Shown here: in pieces, positions 45,843 through 59,240 of the stretch | How positions within the stretch are numbered: the first letter of the stretch is position 1 | How the letters are laid out: every line of letters starts with the position of its first letter | Source of the DNA: Paraspadella gotoi | Taxonomy: Eukaryota; Animalia; Chaetognatha | Direction of reading: 5' to 3' | DNA: 64,000 bases | NCBI GenBank assembly: GCA_051294375.1 | Contig: CM119266.1 | Span: forward strand, 7,085,431 to 7,149,430 | The notes under the pieces: generated by a model | Database searches by the model: none | Told to the model about the DNA's origin: nothing | The model's input: only the letters and a program-made list of their open reading frames with translations | Position numbers and translations under genes: made by a program

Positions 45843-48800
45843 ATGCCTCGAACCTCCAGAAGATCGGTGCTTGCCGCCAATGGTGAGTCCGAGATAATTC
45901 TAATCTTATATTAGTAATTTTAGTACCATATACTAGGAATAAATTTAAAAGTATCCTACTCCCTTCTGTCAAATTATAAACGTAATTCCCTCCTCTCAGG
46001 CACCAAAGATGCGACGCCCGACGCCGCGAGCGACTGCGTCGACAACGCCGTCGCCGAGGAGGCATCCACAGACGCCGCGGCGACGAGAGGAAGGCCGACG
46101 AAGAGAAACGCCAAGTCCGCCGTCGGTGAGAAATATTGAATGACTTTTGTTTTGATTTGCTATGTTAATAATTTCATTTACCTACATATTTACTATGTAT
46201 TTATCCATTTTTCCATGGAATTACTTACGATCTTGTATCCTCCCCTCCCGCCCGTTTTCCCCTCCCGAGCAGAATCCGCCCCGGCCAAAGAGGGTTCCGT
46301 AGACAATAAGGGTTCTAATAAGAAGGGCAGCGTCAGTAAGAAGGGTAAGGGTAGCGGTAAGACCAGATCCTCTTCCTCCTCCTCGTCTTCCTCGTCCTCT
46401 TCCTCCTCCTCCTCTCGAGAGAGGGGCGGCGGCGGCGGCAAGGCACGCGGGCGCGGCGCCGGGCGCGGAGGAGCGGGAGGACGTGGCGGAAAGGGTCGCG
46501 GAGGAGGCCCCGCAAGTGGGCGTGGTCGTCGAGCGGCGTCAGAATCGAGTTCGGGATCGCGAAGTTGTTCGTCGGGATCCTCTTCGGGATCGTCCTCATC
46601 CTCTTCCGAAGACGAAGGCGCCGGAAAATCCAAAAAGGGCGCCGCCGAAGCCAAAAAGAAAGCGGTCTCGAAAAAGAACGGGAGAGCGGCGCCGACGCCA
46701 AAGAAAGCCAAACCGGCGCCGGGAGAGAAGGTCGGGAGACGAGGAGGCGCGGCGAAGGAGGAGAAAGGTGACGCCGATGTCAAGGATAAAGGAGACGCCG
46801 AGATGGAAAAGAACACCGAGAATGCAGCGGCGCCGACTCAAGCTGAAAAACCGGCGCCTAAACAGACGGAAAAACAAACGACGCAAAATAATAAAGGGAA
46901 CGATGGAGCAGTGTCGCAGAAGGTGAGAAAAGTGGAGTGGCGAGAAAAGTTGGACCTTGAAAAAATGATTAAATGGTTGCCTTCCCAACTCTTCCCTTCC
47001 TCTTTTTCGGCTTCCGACGCAGCAAGGAGAATCTGACGTTTTCACTCGTCTTCGTCAAGGACAAGACATCAAGGAAATCGGGGCCGACGCCGAGGAACTC
47101 TTGGCTCAATGCGGCGTCGTCTTATCTCTCGTTCAGGTCCGGGGGAGAGTCTTGCGTCTCTTTTCTTTTTTCATATCTCATTCTTTTTTTCTTTCTTTCT
47201 TCCTTAATTATTCTGAATTTTTTAATTTTTTAATTTTTTGCTGTGGATTTGCACATGAGTGGCGTTGTCGTCGTCGTTGTTGTCGTTGGCGTCGTCTTTT
47301 TGATGATTAAATTTGGGTGTATGAAGCTGAAAATTTATATACAGCCTCTCATCATCGAGGTTCTTGAAATTGGGTGAGGACAGTTATTAAATATGTTTTG
47401 TTTACGTTTTATCAAAACAAACAAATTTTCTCTCTTTTATTTTTATGTTTCCTTCTCTCTCTCTTTTTTCTCTTTTAATTATATGTAGCTCTCTCTCTCT
47501 CTCTTTTCTATGTATATGAATTAAATCCTTACCCCGTTTCCTCCCCCAGTTGAAGCAACCGGATCTTTACGACCGCATGAAGGAAGTGAAGCTGCTCGTG
47601 AGCGAGAAGCGAGTAGAGAATGTGGAGCTGCTGCAACAGGAGTTGGATCTGCTCCACCAGGGGCTGAAGGAGGAGGCGGCGAAGGGAGGGTCTTCGGCCA
47701 AGGCCCGGCGACGCACTCGCGCCCTCGCCGAGGAGGCCAAACCGCCCCCCTCCGAGGCGAAGGGGGAGGAGGAGGGGCCGGACGGGGAGGCCCAGGCGAC
47801 CCGCGGAGGCGAGAAGGAGGATGGAGGTGGGGACGAGGGGGGGAAGGGAGAGAAAGGGGGTCAAGGGGCTAAAGGTTTAGAAAAGGGCGAGGAAGCTAGG
47901 TCTCTTGAGGGCGGGGTTGAGAGCGCCGGGGCGCCGACTCCGAAGAAGGCGGCGGCGGCGCCACCGACGTCGGCCACGCCAAAAGCGGCGCTACGACGCG
48001 GGAGGAGGAACGCCGATGAGGAACAACGCCGCGACGCCGGGTGAGAGAAAGTTTTCAATGGGAATTGAGAGTTTTTAAGTGAGAGCTTTGCGAAATGTTT
48101 AGACCTTTCGTGCCCATTTTTTTTTGTCCCTAGGTCTACGGACGCCGTCACTGAGGGAACGCCGGAAGTCAATGATGACGCCGCCAACGAGACGGTATGG
48201 TCTCCTCTAATGGAAAGTCGGAAGCACCTCTTTCGCTTATAACAATTTCAACCCTTCATTCTCCGTTTTCAGCCCAAAGATGACGCTACAGTCGCAGCTC
48301 CCAAAACCTCCGACGTTTCGATCTCTTCCGCCGTCGATAACGACAAAGAAGACGCCAGCGAAGGTAAATTATACTATAATATATATGTGTATTTGTAGTT
48401 TTTGTAAAAGTGTTTAAAAATATAAACAATGAAAAGCCCGCTCTTCATATTATTCAAATTAATATATCTAATATTTTTTTCCTTTGCAGAATCCCCGGCG
48501 CCACCAGAAGTCAAGCCTCAGCCAAAGTGCGTCCTTTTTCTCTTTTTAAAATGTTTTTCTTTTTTCCTCTTTTTATTTCTTTCCCATTTTCCCTTAATTA
48601 ACTTGTTATTATCTCGTCCTCGTCTCCTCTTCCCCCCTCGTCCAGACATCGCAAACGGAAGTGGGGATCCACGTCGGCTGTCGGGAAGGCAGACGGAGCC
48701 GAAGAGGCGGGCAAAGCCGCTGCCCTCAAACGCTCCGCCTCGAAGGCTATCGATTCTGGTAAGTAAAGAGGCCGGGTAGACGGGAGGAGTCTTTTAGTCC

Positions 48801-51515
48801 CATATAGACTATATTATAGCCTCACGTTTCATCTCATTTAATCTTCTAAGATCTTCTATGATCTTTTTTCCCAGATCTTCTCAAAAATCTCATCCCCGAC
48901 ATCGCGACGGCGTCCCTCCCTCCTCTCCCGGCTTCCGCCATCTCCAACACTGGCGCCGCCCTCGCCGCCTCCGTCGCTGAGGCCAACGGCGCCAAGCTCG
49001 GACCTTCCGGACTTCTCATTCAGGTACTTTTAAGTGTGAGGAGGTCCGTGCGGGGGGGCTCTGGGTAATAAGTCTTTCTGAAATTCTAATGGTCAATCGG
49101 CACTTTATTTTTAGTTTTTATATTGCTTTGGCAATTGGCATCTGTAAGAGGTGATAAATAGTCCTAAATAACGAATATTTAGCTTCACAAACGTCCCTAT
49201 TTATCTAATTTGATTTTTAATAACGTATTAAAAACGTTTTCGCCCTTTTCAGCCGGAATCGGCGACCGTGGCGGATCTGCTGGAAATCTCCGCGCCATCG
49301 ATGGACACTCTGGAGAACGAGGAGGAAGAGGAGGAGGCGGGAGGATCGGCGGAGGTGGATTCGGACGAAGAAAGGAAGAGGGAGATGAAGGGCATTCGTA
49401 GGACGGTCATCAGGGTGAGTTCGTAGCTGGATTTTATTTATAATTATTATAATTATAATATTTTATCATTTATTAATGCTTCGCAGGGATCGGAGGACGG
49501 AGAAACGGGCGAGGAGGAGAAAGGAGACGAGAAGGAGAACGAGGACGTCGCCGTGGGGGAGAAGAGGAGGAAGGTGGTTGAGGGATCGAGGGAGAGAAAG
49601 AGGAGCCGAATCGAGAGCGGGGACGATAGAGAGGTGAGTCTACATATGGTGAGGACGATGGAGAAGTGAGTCGATCGACGAAAGAACCTAACACTTAACC
49701 CATGACCCCTCTCAGGTGGTTGACGAGCGGCTCGCGGTGCACCGGGCTCTGGGCCACAAGGAGTCTTCGGACGTCGACGCCGCCGTCGAAAAGACTCCGA
49801 CGTCGATGAAAAAGAGGACGTCGATGGGATTGCTTCTCTCCGACGAACCGCTGGCCAGGTTTGGTTAAAAAGATATTTAATTGTATGAATTGTTTAAATT
49901 TTTTTTAATGAATATTATTAATAATCTTTGGTAGAAAAAAGCGAGAGCCGAGCCCAGCGCGTTACCCAGTTTCGAACATCATTCACATCAGAGGCCTGAC
50001 AAGACCTTTCACGATTCCTCAGCTGCAGGTAAGGCAGATTTAATTCTGTAACTTTTTAATAGAAGCAAAAATAAACTTTCTTTTTTCTCCAGACTTTGCT
50101 GAGTCGCACGGGCACAACGAAGTCCGACGAATTTTGGATCGACAAAATCAAGAGTCATTGCCTCGTGGTGGTAAGTTTATATCTAAAAATACTTAAAAAA
50201 CATACTTGAATTTAAAAAAAAAGAAGGTAAATCATTACCGTTCCTTCTGCAGTACGAGACAGAAGACGAAGCGACAGCCACTCGGGCGGCGTTGCACGGA
50301 ACTCAATGGCCGGCGTCCAACCCTAAGACGCTCAGCGTCGACTTCTCAACACCTGACAAACTCCGGCGCCAACAAGCATCCGAGGAATCCGCGCCTGGTA
50401 TGTCGTCGTTTGAGTCGGGTCCCCGAAAAAATAATATTGGTCTTAGTGTTTGTTTAATCCTGTCTAATAGTGTCTATTCTTTGCCTTGACACAGGCTACA
50501 GAAAGGAGGCGCCTCCGGAGCCGCAAAGAGAAGTTACGCGCAATCGAAGCGTGGAACGCGTCGCCCCGCGCGCCAAGGAAGGTCGGGGCAGGGATGAGCC
50601 CAGCAGGAGCAGAGAACGTCGACCCAGCAATAAGGTAAGTTGGGTTAGTTATCCAAATCCTCTTTTTGAACAATTTCCTCTATCTTGCACTTTCCTAATC
50701 CTATTGACTATTATCTACCAGGATCGCGAGCGCAAAGAACCGCGCCAACGCTCTCCTCCACCCGTGCGCGAATGGGACCGTGACAAGATCCGTCAGTCTC
50801 GATCTCCGACTCCCGTTGGCCGCAACGCACACGCGCGAGACACGCCGCCCCGTCGTGGACGTAGCCCCGCCGACCACAGGAGAAGCCCCAGGGCCGGTGA
50901 GTATGGAATTGAGAAAGTGAGGGTTAACATCAACTTTTATTATTTGGTTATATTTATATTTCTTTAGAACGCCGAGAGAGGCGCCGCAGCAGCGCCACCC
51001 GGGAGCCGGCTCCGGCGTCGGCGCCGCCGCAGGAAGAGGAACCCGCCAAGCTGCTTGACAACCTCTTCAACAAGACGAAGGCGCAGCCGCACATTTACTG
51101 GTTGCCTCTCACCGACCAACAGGCGAGTTGGGTGGTTTTGTCGTATTACGATCAGTAACTAGTTTTAATAAACGTTTATTTTTTCAAATGATAAATATTT
51201 TAGTATGTAAATGAGTGTTTTGGATCATTCAGGTGGTGGAACGAATGGCTGAGCGCGAACGGCGTCGTTTGGAGAGGATGAAGGCGAGGGAGGAGAAGGA
51301 GAAAGAGGCGGAGAAGAATGAGAGGAAGAAGAGGGAAGAAGAAGAGAAAAGGAGGGAGGAGAGAAGGAAGGTGAGGATTTGAAGAAAGGAAAATGTTAAT
51401 TGCAGTTGACAATTGTTAATCGATCGTGATTTTTCTCTTTGTAAAGACGGACGATACCTCGCGTTCTCGCGCCCGACGCGACTCTCGCTCTCGCTCTCGC
51501 GATCGCCGTCGCTAG
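45843..51515 (+). CDS. ACIN1: Acinus (apoptotic chromatin condensation inducer)
   Basis: [49 protein letters not shown] motif [24 protein letters not shown] tail. Confidence 0.9.
47240..47505 (+). mobile_element. Partial copy of the HINE-like family of 29168-30020
   Basis: Shares GATTAAATTTGGGTGTATGAAGCTGAAAATTTATATACA...TTTATCAAAACAAACAAATTTTCTC. Confidence 0.75.
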
Positions 51516-52853
51516 AGAGAAACGTCCTCTCTCTCTATCTCTCTCTTCCCCCCCTCGACGCGTCCCCTTTTATCTATGCCCCGCGCGCGCGCGCTTTTCT
51601 TCGTTCGCGCGTCTCGCCGATCGAAGCCGACGCTTCCTTTTGATTTTTGCCTTTGTTGTTCTTTTCTTTATTCGTCGTCATCATTCGTCGACTCTAGAAT
51701 CTTCGCAGTTGATTTTCTCGAACCAGGTTACAAATAAAAGTTGAAATTTCGAGATAACTTCATTTTTTGAGGGGTCTGTTTTTATTGATGTTAGCGTCTG
51801 ATATAGAAGTTTATTCAATAGTCCCCCGTCCCCACTTGTATAATTTGAGTTAGCCGCCTGCATTTTTGTTTCTTTTTAAGGCCGATACATTTTCTCGTTT
51901 TTTTTTTAACTTTCTATGCGGCCTTTCATTTGAAGCTTCGGTCATTTTTACAGGTGGATCCGAAAATGTTCATAGGTTGCCATGAAATTCCCCCAAAAAA
52001 ATGTGCTGAAAAAACGAGGGGAACCTTCATTATCGGCCTCGCAGCTTGTAAATAGATATGTATTTTAATGAAAGGTATGATCGCCTAAAATTAAAAAATC
52101 CAATTTTCAGGAGGATTCTCGGTGAGTAAATAAGGTATTTTTTGTCATTTAAATTTCGTTTCTCTGTAAAGCGTTTTCATTCCATGAAAACATATTCACA
52201 AACTTAATAAGTAATTATCCATTTTTAATTTTGTTGACTTTCTTTTACGTTCGTCTTTTTGTTTCTATGAATAACTGTTTTTGTTTAAAAAAATTAAAGA
52301 ATTGAATAACTATATTGTTTTTTATGTATTTCGCGGGACTTTCGTATTAGTTTATAAGTGAAAAATCTAAAAACAAAGCTAGTTACTCTTGGTAAACCTA
52401 TCGCAGAAACGCTTCACGGTTTGTTGAAGTTTAAATGACTATAAATAATATTACTATAAATCTCTAACAACCTACACACTCCCCGAAAAGACAATTGTTT
52501 GATCAATTTCCACCTTCTGCTGGTAGAAGCAAATATTCAAGGCTTTGCGGTTATAACGTAAATTGTTACAACCAATACATACATATAACGGTAGTTTTCA
52601 AAAAAATTGTCATTTGTTTCCTCATTGTAAAAAGTTATTATTTTGTGACCTCAAGGCTCAAATGAGATCGATTCTTTTCTTTTGCGATCCTTATCGCTTT
52701 ATTTCGGGACAGATCAGTTTTCGTACCAAGAAATGATAAGGAAGTGAAGACGACCAGAGATAAGGAACTAAGGTCTACGGGAGATGCATAGACTGCGTCA
52801 CTGTCGGATGTAAAGAATTAAAATCTCCCGTTTTGCTTCATCCCAACAAAAAA

Positions 52854-55800
52854 ATGCGTCATTTCCTTTTCATCTTCCTTTTATTTTTTTCTCGCAATGA
52901 AGCCTCCAGGTTAGTATTTTTTTTCATTTAGTAAGTTTGTCTAGCTATTTAGTTGAGAATAAATTAAACAGGAGAGGCTGGTGGACTAGTCCATTTCCTG
53001 CGGAATGTGTCGAGATCCTGGAGGGCGTCTCCACCACAGCCTCGGGCCTCACGGACTGTATCCTGAAAAACTCATTCCCTCAATTCACATCTTGCGAGTT
53101 TTGTCACTCTTACTTCACTCAGGTGAGTTCTCCGGTTATCCGCCTGAGATTATTGTCACGTTTTGAGTTTAATGTTTTGATATCAATTTGTGTTAAAACT
53201 ATAATTTAGTTTGGCGAATGGGTTTTGCGGTATTTATATTTCCCCGAATTGTTATTGAAGTATTTACAAATTGTAGCTGTGTGGATTAATTCTTGTAGCC
53301 TTAATTTCTTGGTTTATTTTATATTTAATTGTCGCTTTTACTGAAGTTTATTCACATTCGGTTTTTGTTAGGAATATTTAGACATCTCAATACTATCTTA
53401 ACGTCGAACTTGTTGCGGTATCTTCACACCGCCTCACGTCTTACCATCGTTCAGCCAATCCCATTAGCTCAGAGGGGGAACGCACCATCCTAAGCGTTAC
53501 ATTCCATCCACAGTCCTAACGACTTCCCTCTGAGTTGGCAAAGCGCGACCCTTACAGGGAAACGCGCCAGTGACTGGATGGAGGCGTCACCGAGGGTCGG
53601 AAGCCCCCAAAGCCAACAGTGAAATGCCCCATCCCAATTAGCATCACAGGAAACCCGGCAGTTGCAATAATCTCCTATTTAAATTTTAAATATTAACAGA
53701 TGCGCAAATACTACTCGAGACTCGAGAATGAAAAACCAACGAACTCGTCTAAGCCATGTTACGACATCCTTTCCTTTGGTGAGAAGGTCAACTTGATTGA
53801 GGTACGGATTTTGCTCAAATTGCACTCACCTTTTTGGTTTAAATAGAAGTTTAATTTTTTTTATTTCAAATCGATTCGAAGGATATGGGAATGGTTACTG
53901 AAAACTTTAACGTTATAATCATGTTATAAAATTGGCACAACCAATATAAAAATTATCCATTCATTTAATACATAAACTATCTTTCCCTGACTTTGGACAG
54001 GCTTTGATGGTTTAAGGCCTCCATCACTCTTACAAGATAATGACATAGCAGGTCCCTGCATGCTTTCAATCAAGACTCTCTCACAGTCTCGTTTATTCAC
54101 TCCCAGAGTACCTGGCTTCCCTATAAATGAAGTGGTATAATGTTTCAAAGAATGTTTCAATTGTATGAATGTATTGTATATTAGAACACCAATTCTCTAA
54201 GTTTAGTCGGGTAAGACTAGAAGTATCAACCCTCCCTTCCCCCCCCTCATCTCCCGCCCGCCTCCCACAGAACGTCTACTCCGCAGCGACCCACCTCTGG
54301 CGATTACCCCACTGCGCCGCCTGCTTCGACGACGACGGCGAAGAAATGACGATGAACAACGCGACGCTCGATTTCTTCGCCCTCTACGCCGACTACATCG
54401 CATGTCAGACGCGTAACCAAGGCAACGCCAGCGCCGTCTGCCGGGAGTGCCGGAAAGACTACGATACCGTCAATAGTTATTACGGTAAGTTAACTTAATC
54501 ATTTCTTTTCATTTCGGAGGCGTTAGTAGCGTTGCTTAATTGTTTGCTCGAGTACATGAAGTTTAATTAGGTTTTACGTCCTATTATTTTGAATTTTGTT
54601 AACGAATTGACATTAAAACGTCATCGTCATCGTATACCTGCAAAATTAACCAGGAAGTAAATGACAACAAAAAAAATTCTTCAATTAATATTTTCTAACC
54701 TTTTTTCTAGAAAATCGTCGGATTGAATTTAAGTTAATTGTGCACTTTCGGGTTTGACATTCATTTGACACTCTTAAAAACTTTTGAATTTCAATTAACA
54801 ATAGTATTTAATTGGATGAATAACTATCGCCACCAGACAAACAATTCACCGGAAATGGCGCCATCTGCATGGACGTGAGCAACGCATGGAACCGGACTCG
54901 CCAGGATTGGAACCTTGAGTTCAGCTGTCGCGTCATCCCGCGGGATCTCTTCCTTCTCGGCGCCTTCACCGTTTTCTTCCTTCTCCTCCCCGTCATCTTT
55001 TACATCAGCATGTTCCTCAACTCGGAGTACGAACGCGTCCCCGAGGAAAAGATCGAGGTTGGCCTATAGTTGGGGGGGGGGTGGGTCGGGTGTAGTGACG
55101 TGGAACTTGTGAAGAAAGTTAGGTTAGGAATTTTGCTCCTTGACTTTAATTGGCGTTGTAACCATGTACGTCCCACGTTGCTTTTTATTGCTCAAAACTT
55201 CATAACAATCAAAACATGAGTTTTTTCTGTAATTATTTATTGAATACTATTCTGAGCTTTGAAAATTTCTTGTTTCGGCATTATTAACAGAGCAGAGGGG
55301 ATAAGACTTGAAGCTAAATACAAAAGCGCGACAGATTAGATTTGACGGACCCCCTTGTGACCTCGAGTCGCGCAGTGGTCTAAGCTTAATAACCGGTTTT
55401 CCAAATCCCCCGCGTTGTTTTAAAAGTCTATTCGCACGAGTTTTTACATTGAGCTCGAATTTTTAAATGCATTGACGGATCGATAATTGTCACCTCATCG
55501 CTGGGCTTGCATGTTTGGCGAGGAAAAATTATTGGAGTATATTAGTTAACCTTTTAACACAGTCTTAACACGATTTCATTAGCGAAAGCTCTGTTTAAAT
55601 TAATCCACGTAATATTGACATTCAAAGAGCTTCTGTTAACACATTCGTAAATTTAAAATATTTTATTACTTTACCGAGCAGCGTTCAAACGATTTACGAT
55701 ATATAGCTGTATCGGTTACTGTTTTTCAATATAATCTTTATATGTACGTCCCCAAAAAAAATTGTAAATTCGCGTGTTTAAACAATTGTATTCAACGCCA

Positions 55801-58563
55801 ACATTTTCTTCAACCTTCGATTAATTAATGACCACGGCTCCTCAAGCAAGCGACTCGACGAAATGATGTCTGGTAGCTCCACGTCGCGCCTTCTCTCTAC
55901 TCTCTACCAACGACGATTCTTGACCTGGGAACCGGCTTTGCTTTAATGGCACCGTCACCGCAAAGCTCTGAAACAGCGATGGAGACCAAGAAACGCGTTA
56001 AAGTCGTCGAGTGGCATATGCTGAACAAAGTCAAGTATTATCCGTTACAAATGGTTTCTGCCGTCACTATTCGCTGCGCGCTTTATCCCTTCACGCTCGT
56101 CAAAACGCGGATACAGGTTGGCGGAAGTGATTAGAAGCGAGTGATCTAACAGAGATTGAGAAGTGTAAATTGTGGCATTGATCCTAAAGTGATCCTCAAT
56201 TTTTTTTATTAAGATTCAAGATCAAAAGGCAGTCTACAACGGAACCTTCGACGCCATTCGAAAGATTCACCGCTACGAAGGCGTCCGAGGATTTTATCGG
56301 GGATTTTGGGTCAACTCCCTCCAGGTTTGTGAATACTCGTCTCTCGAAGCGATCGAGCCGATTAAGCTATTTGCTCCCCGATGATCTCAAAAGGTCTTCT
56401 CTAGCGTCTTCTACTTCTCCGCCTACGAGGGCGCTCGTCACGTAATGTCCACGCGACTGGGCATCTACCATCCAACGCCACGCGCGTTTGTGGGCGGACT
56501 CTGCGCCTCGATGGCCGGGCGCTTGGTCGCCGTCCCATCGGAAGTGGTGTCGCTGCAGTTAATGCTCGTCAGTGGAAAATCCTTGCCTTCGAAGGATAAA
56601 CTCAACGTTGCCAGGTTGAGGGGCGGGAGAGAGTGCGAGTATATGAGAGACTTAATGGGAGAGAGCAACCGCCGACCTGAAACTATTCTGTCCTTTTGTC
56701 GATATTTTTCGCTGCAGAATTGAAATTCCGCCGGAGGCGAGGAAAACTAAAACCGGCGTCTTCCGCGCCATCGTCGCCGAGATTTACCGTCGTCACGGCC
56801 TTCTCGGCTTCTACCGGGGCTACTGGATTTCAGTGGGCACCTTCGCTCCTCACAGCGCTCTGTGGTGGTCTTATTATCACTTCTACAATGGTAGGAATTA
56901 CATGAATTCGGCTAATTGTTATTGGATACAAAGTATTTGCGCCTTTTGAGAAATTAGTCAATTATGGCAACAGCCGGGTTGCCTGTGATGCCCATTGGGA
57001 TGGGGCATCTCACTGTTGGCTTTGGGGGCTTCCGACCCTCAGTGACGCCTCCAGTCACTGGCGCGGTTACCCTAGGACGGTCTCGCTTTGCCAACGCAGA
57101 GGGAAGTCATTAGGACTGTGGATGGAACACTACGCCTGGGATGGTGTGTTCCCCCTCTGAGCCAATGGATTTGGCTGAAGGATGGTGGACGTGAGGCGGT
57201 GTGAATATACCGCCACACAATCATGAATGTTTTTTTTTTTTTTGATGATTCTAACAAATGAAAAACATTCTGCCATGTCCAATTTTCCAGGTTTAATGTC
57301 GAAAACGCTGCCCGATTTCGCGCCCGCTCTTCTCGTCCAGGCGATCTCGGGCCCCTTGGCCGGGATGTCAGCCTCTCTCTTCACCAATCCCCTCGACGTG
57401 ATCAGAGCTAGAGTTCAGGCGAGAAAAGGGGAAGGGGAAAGAGTCGGTTTAGTTGGTGATTTTAATGAACGTTGCTCTTCATTTAGGCCAAGGGAAGCGG
57501 ATCCACAAAAGATGCCGTCATGAAGCTGTGGGCGAACGAAGGGTGGAGGATGTTGACGAAAGGTCTCTCGGCCAGGTTAGGGACATGAAGTTTACGAAAC
57601 TGAGTTATTTCGAAATTATTATTTTCTTATTTCAGTCATGATGTTAATTTAATATTTTATCTCTTATACTCCATTCATATCCTCTCCCAGACTTCTTCAG
57701 TCGGGATTCTTCTCAGTCTTCATGGCCGTCGGTTACGAAACCGTCAAACGCCTCAGCCTGAAAGAGGAGTACAAGGGCACAGTCCCTTGGTAGATCCGTC
57801 GCCGCCCATAAAAGAAGACGACGTCGCTGACACCAAACTGTTTCATTTAAAAATCGAAAACTCTCGTGTCGGAGCTGATACTCGGTTGGAGGGGGAATCT
57901 CGGGATCCCCGATGTCCACACGAATTTGTATCCAACATTTCCCATCTAAAGTTTAAAATCGACTCATTTGTTTTCGTCGGACATTGCCGACGGTTTATTT
58001 GCGTGCTATCTCTTTTTGGTGATCTCTTTAGTTTTAAATGGACATATTAGATCAAATTTTTTAGAACAAATATTTATTGGATTTTTATACTGAATGTTAT
58101 TTTTTTGATCTCATTGTCATTTGTTTATAGTTTATATGTTCGCATCAAATCAATTTTTTAATTCTAGTTCTTCAATCTCATGTGTAATCTTGCTCATATT
58201 TTTTAAAAAATTTAATCTGTGAAATGCAAATGAGTTAGTTAGATCATACTATTTAAATTAATTTTTATTTTTAATCGTTCAAAAGCTAAAAAAATAGTTT
58301 ATAATTTCATGTTTATCACATAATATCGATATTTATTTTCCTCCTGTCAGCGTGCGCTCTTGGACGGGATTCTTTCCGACTCGGAGGCGGAACCTGACGT
58401 CGAAGTCAACGTCAGCTTTTCTCTTGGCTCCGGAGAATCCACTGTAGATCATCGCCCTTTTCGCTTCAACTCTGACCCCGACATGATGCGGATACAACGT
58501 TCCGGCTCAGGCCTCGTTTTCACTGCGAGCCTCAGCACTAGCTCCCATCCAGATTTTAACTAG
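52854..58563 (+). CDS. OSTM1: Osteopetrosis-associated transmembrane protein 1-like (last exon uncertain)
   Basis: Signal peptide, CEFCHSYF, LWRLPHCAACF, VCRECRKDYDTVN, ICMDVSNAWNRTRQDWNLEFSC, TM FFLLLPVIFYIS. Confidence 0.8.
53411..53669 (+). mobile_element. Solo LTR with mutated twister (53534-53617)
   Basis: TGTTGCGG...GCAATA; inverted homolog of 56963-57217; TSD AACT/ATCT (3 of 4). UAA and T1 are altered. Confidence 0.8.
53980..54072. repeat. Dispersed repeat core (homolog of 2236-2328)
   Basis: Aligns with the reverse complement of 2236-2328. Confidence 0.7.
55946..57793 (+). CDS. SLC25A44: Mitochondrial carrier SLC25A44
   Basis: VEWHMLNKVKYYPL, RCALYPFTLVKTRIQ, GFYRGFWVNSLQ, APHSALWWSYYHFY, TNPLDVIRARVQ, GYETVKRLSLKEEY. 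Confidence 0.92.
56963..57217 (-). mobile_element. Solo LTR with perfect 4-bp TSD CAAT
   Basis: TGTGGCGG...GCCATA on the - strand; CAAT at 56959-56962 and 57218-57221. Confidence 0.85.
57015..57095 (-). ncRNA. Twister ribozyme, type P5, near-intact
   Basis: GTTGGC AAA GCGA GACCG TCCTAGGG TAA CCGC GC CAGTGAC-N7-GTCACTG AGGG TCGGAAGC CCCC AAA GCCAAC; T1 CGG:CCG. Confidence 0.82.
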
Positions 58564-59240
58564 TCCAGCATTCCATCGAACTCTCTCGACACGGAGAGAC
58601 TATGACAAGAACGCGTCGAGAATTAAAAGCGAAAAAGAAACTATTCTTGTATTTTCCTCTATAAAATTAAAAATAACTCAGATCGTGCAAAGAATATTCT
58701 TCAGAAGGAAGAAATGCATACAAAAAGATATCTAGGCTAAGGACTAAAGTTGACCGCCGAATCTAAACCGATGTAATATAAGTTATTTAACCATGAACCA
58801 TTAAAGATAACATTAAGAGGATTGTACTTAGTACATTACAATAACAGTACGGGAGGCGTTGGCGGAGATCACGAGAGTGAAAAGAAAAACATTGAAAGTA
58901 ATAACCTATGACATCTTCCTCAGATTTACATTATTGTTTACAGATTTACATTATTGTTATTATCATTTCAGAAAATTCACAAATTAATCTGCTACTGTAA
59001 ATATGATAATATTTTTTTATTACTTAATATTTTTCACCCTCGCGGTCTTCGCCGTCGATCAGTACAGGAACTAGATTGCGCAACGTAAATACTGATGGAA
59101 GTGAGGAACTTGGAAGGCGTCTTCTAAGTCGAAGTCGAACCGTAAGATGGCGGAGCTTGGAGCGTCCGAAAATAGATTCAGTCCGCCATGATCTCCGTCC
59201 GATTCGCGTCTGAACGCCTCGCGCGCGCGAGACGTCATGA

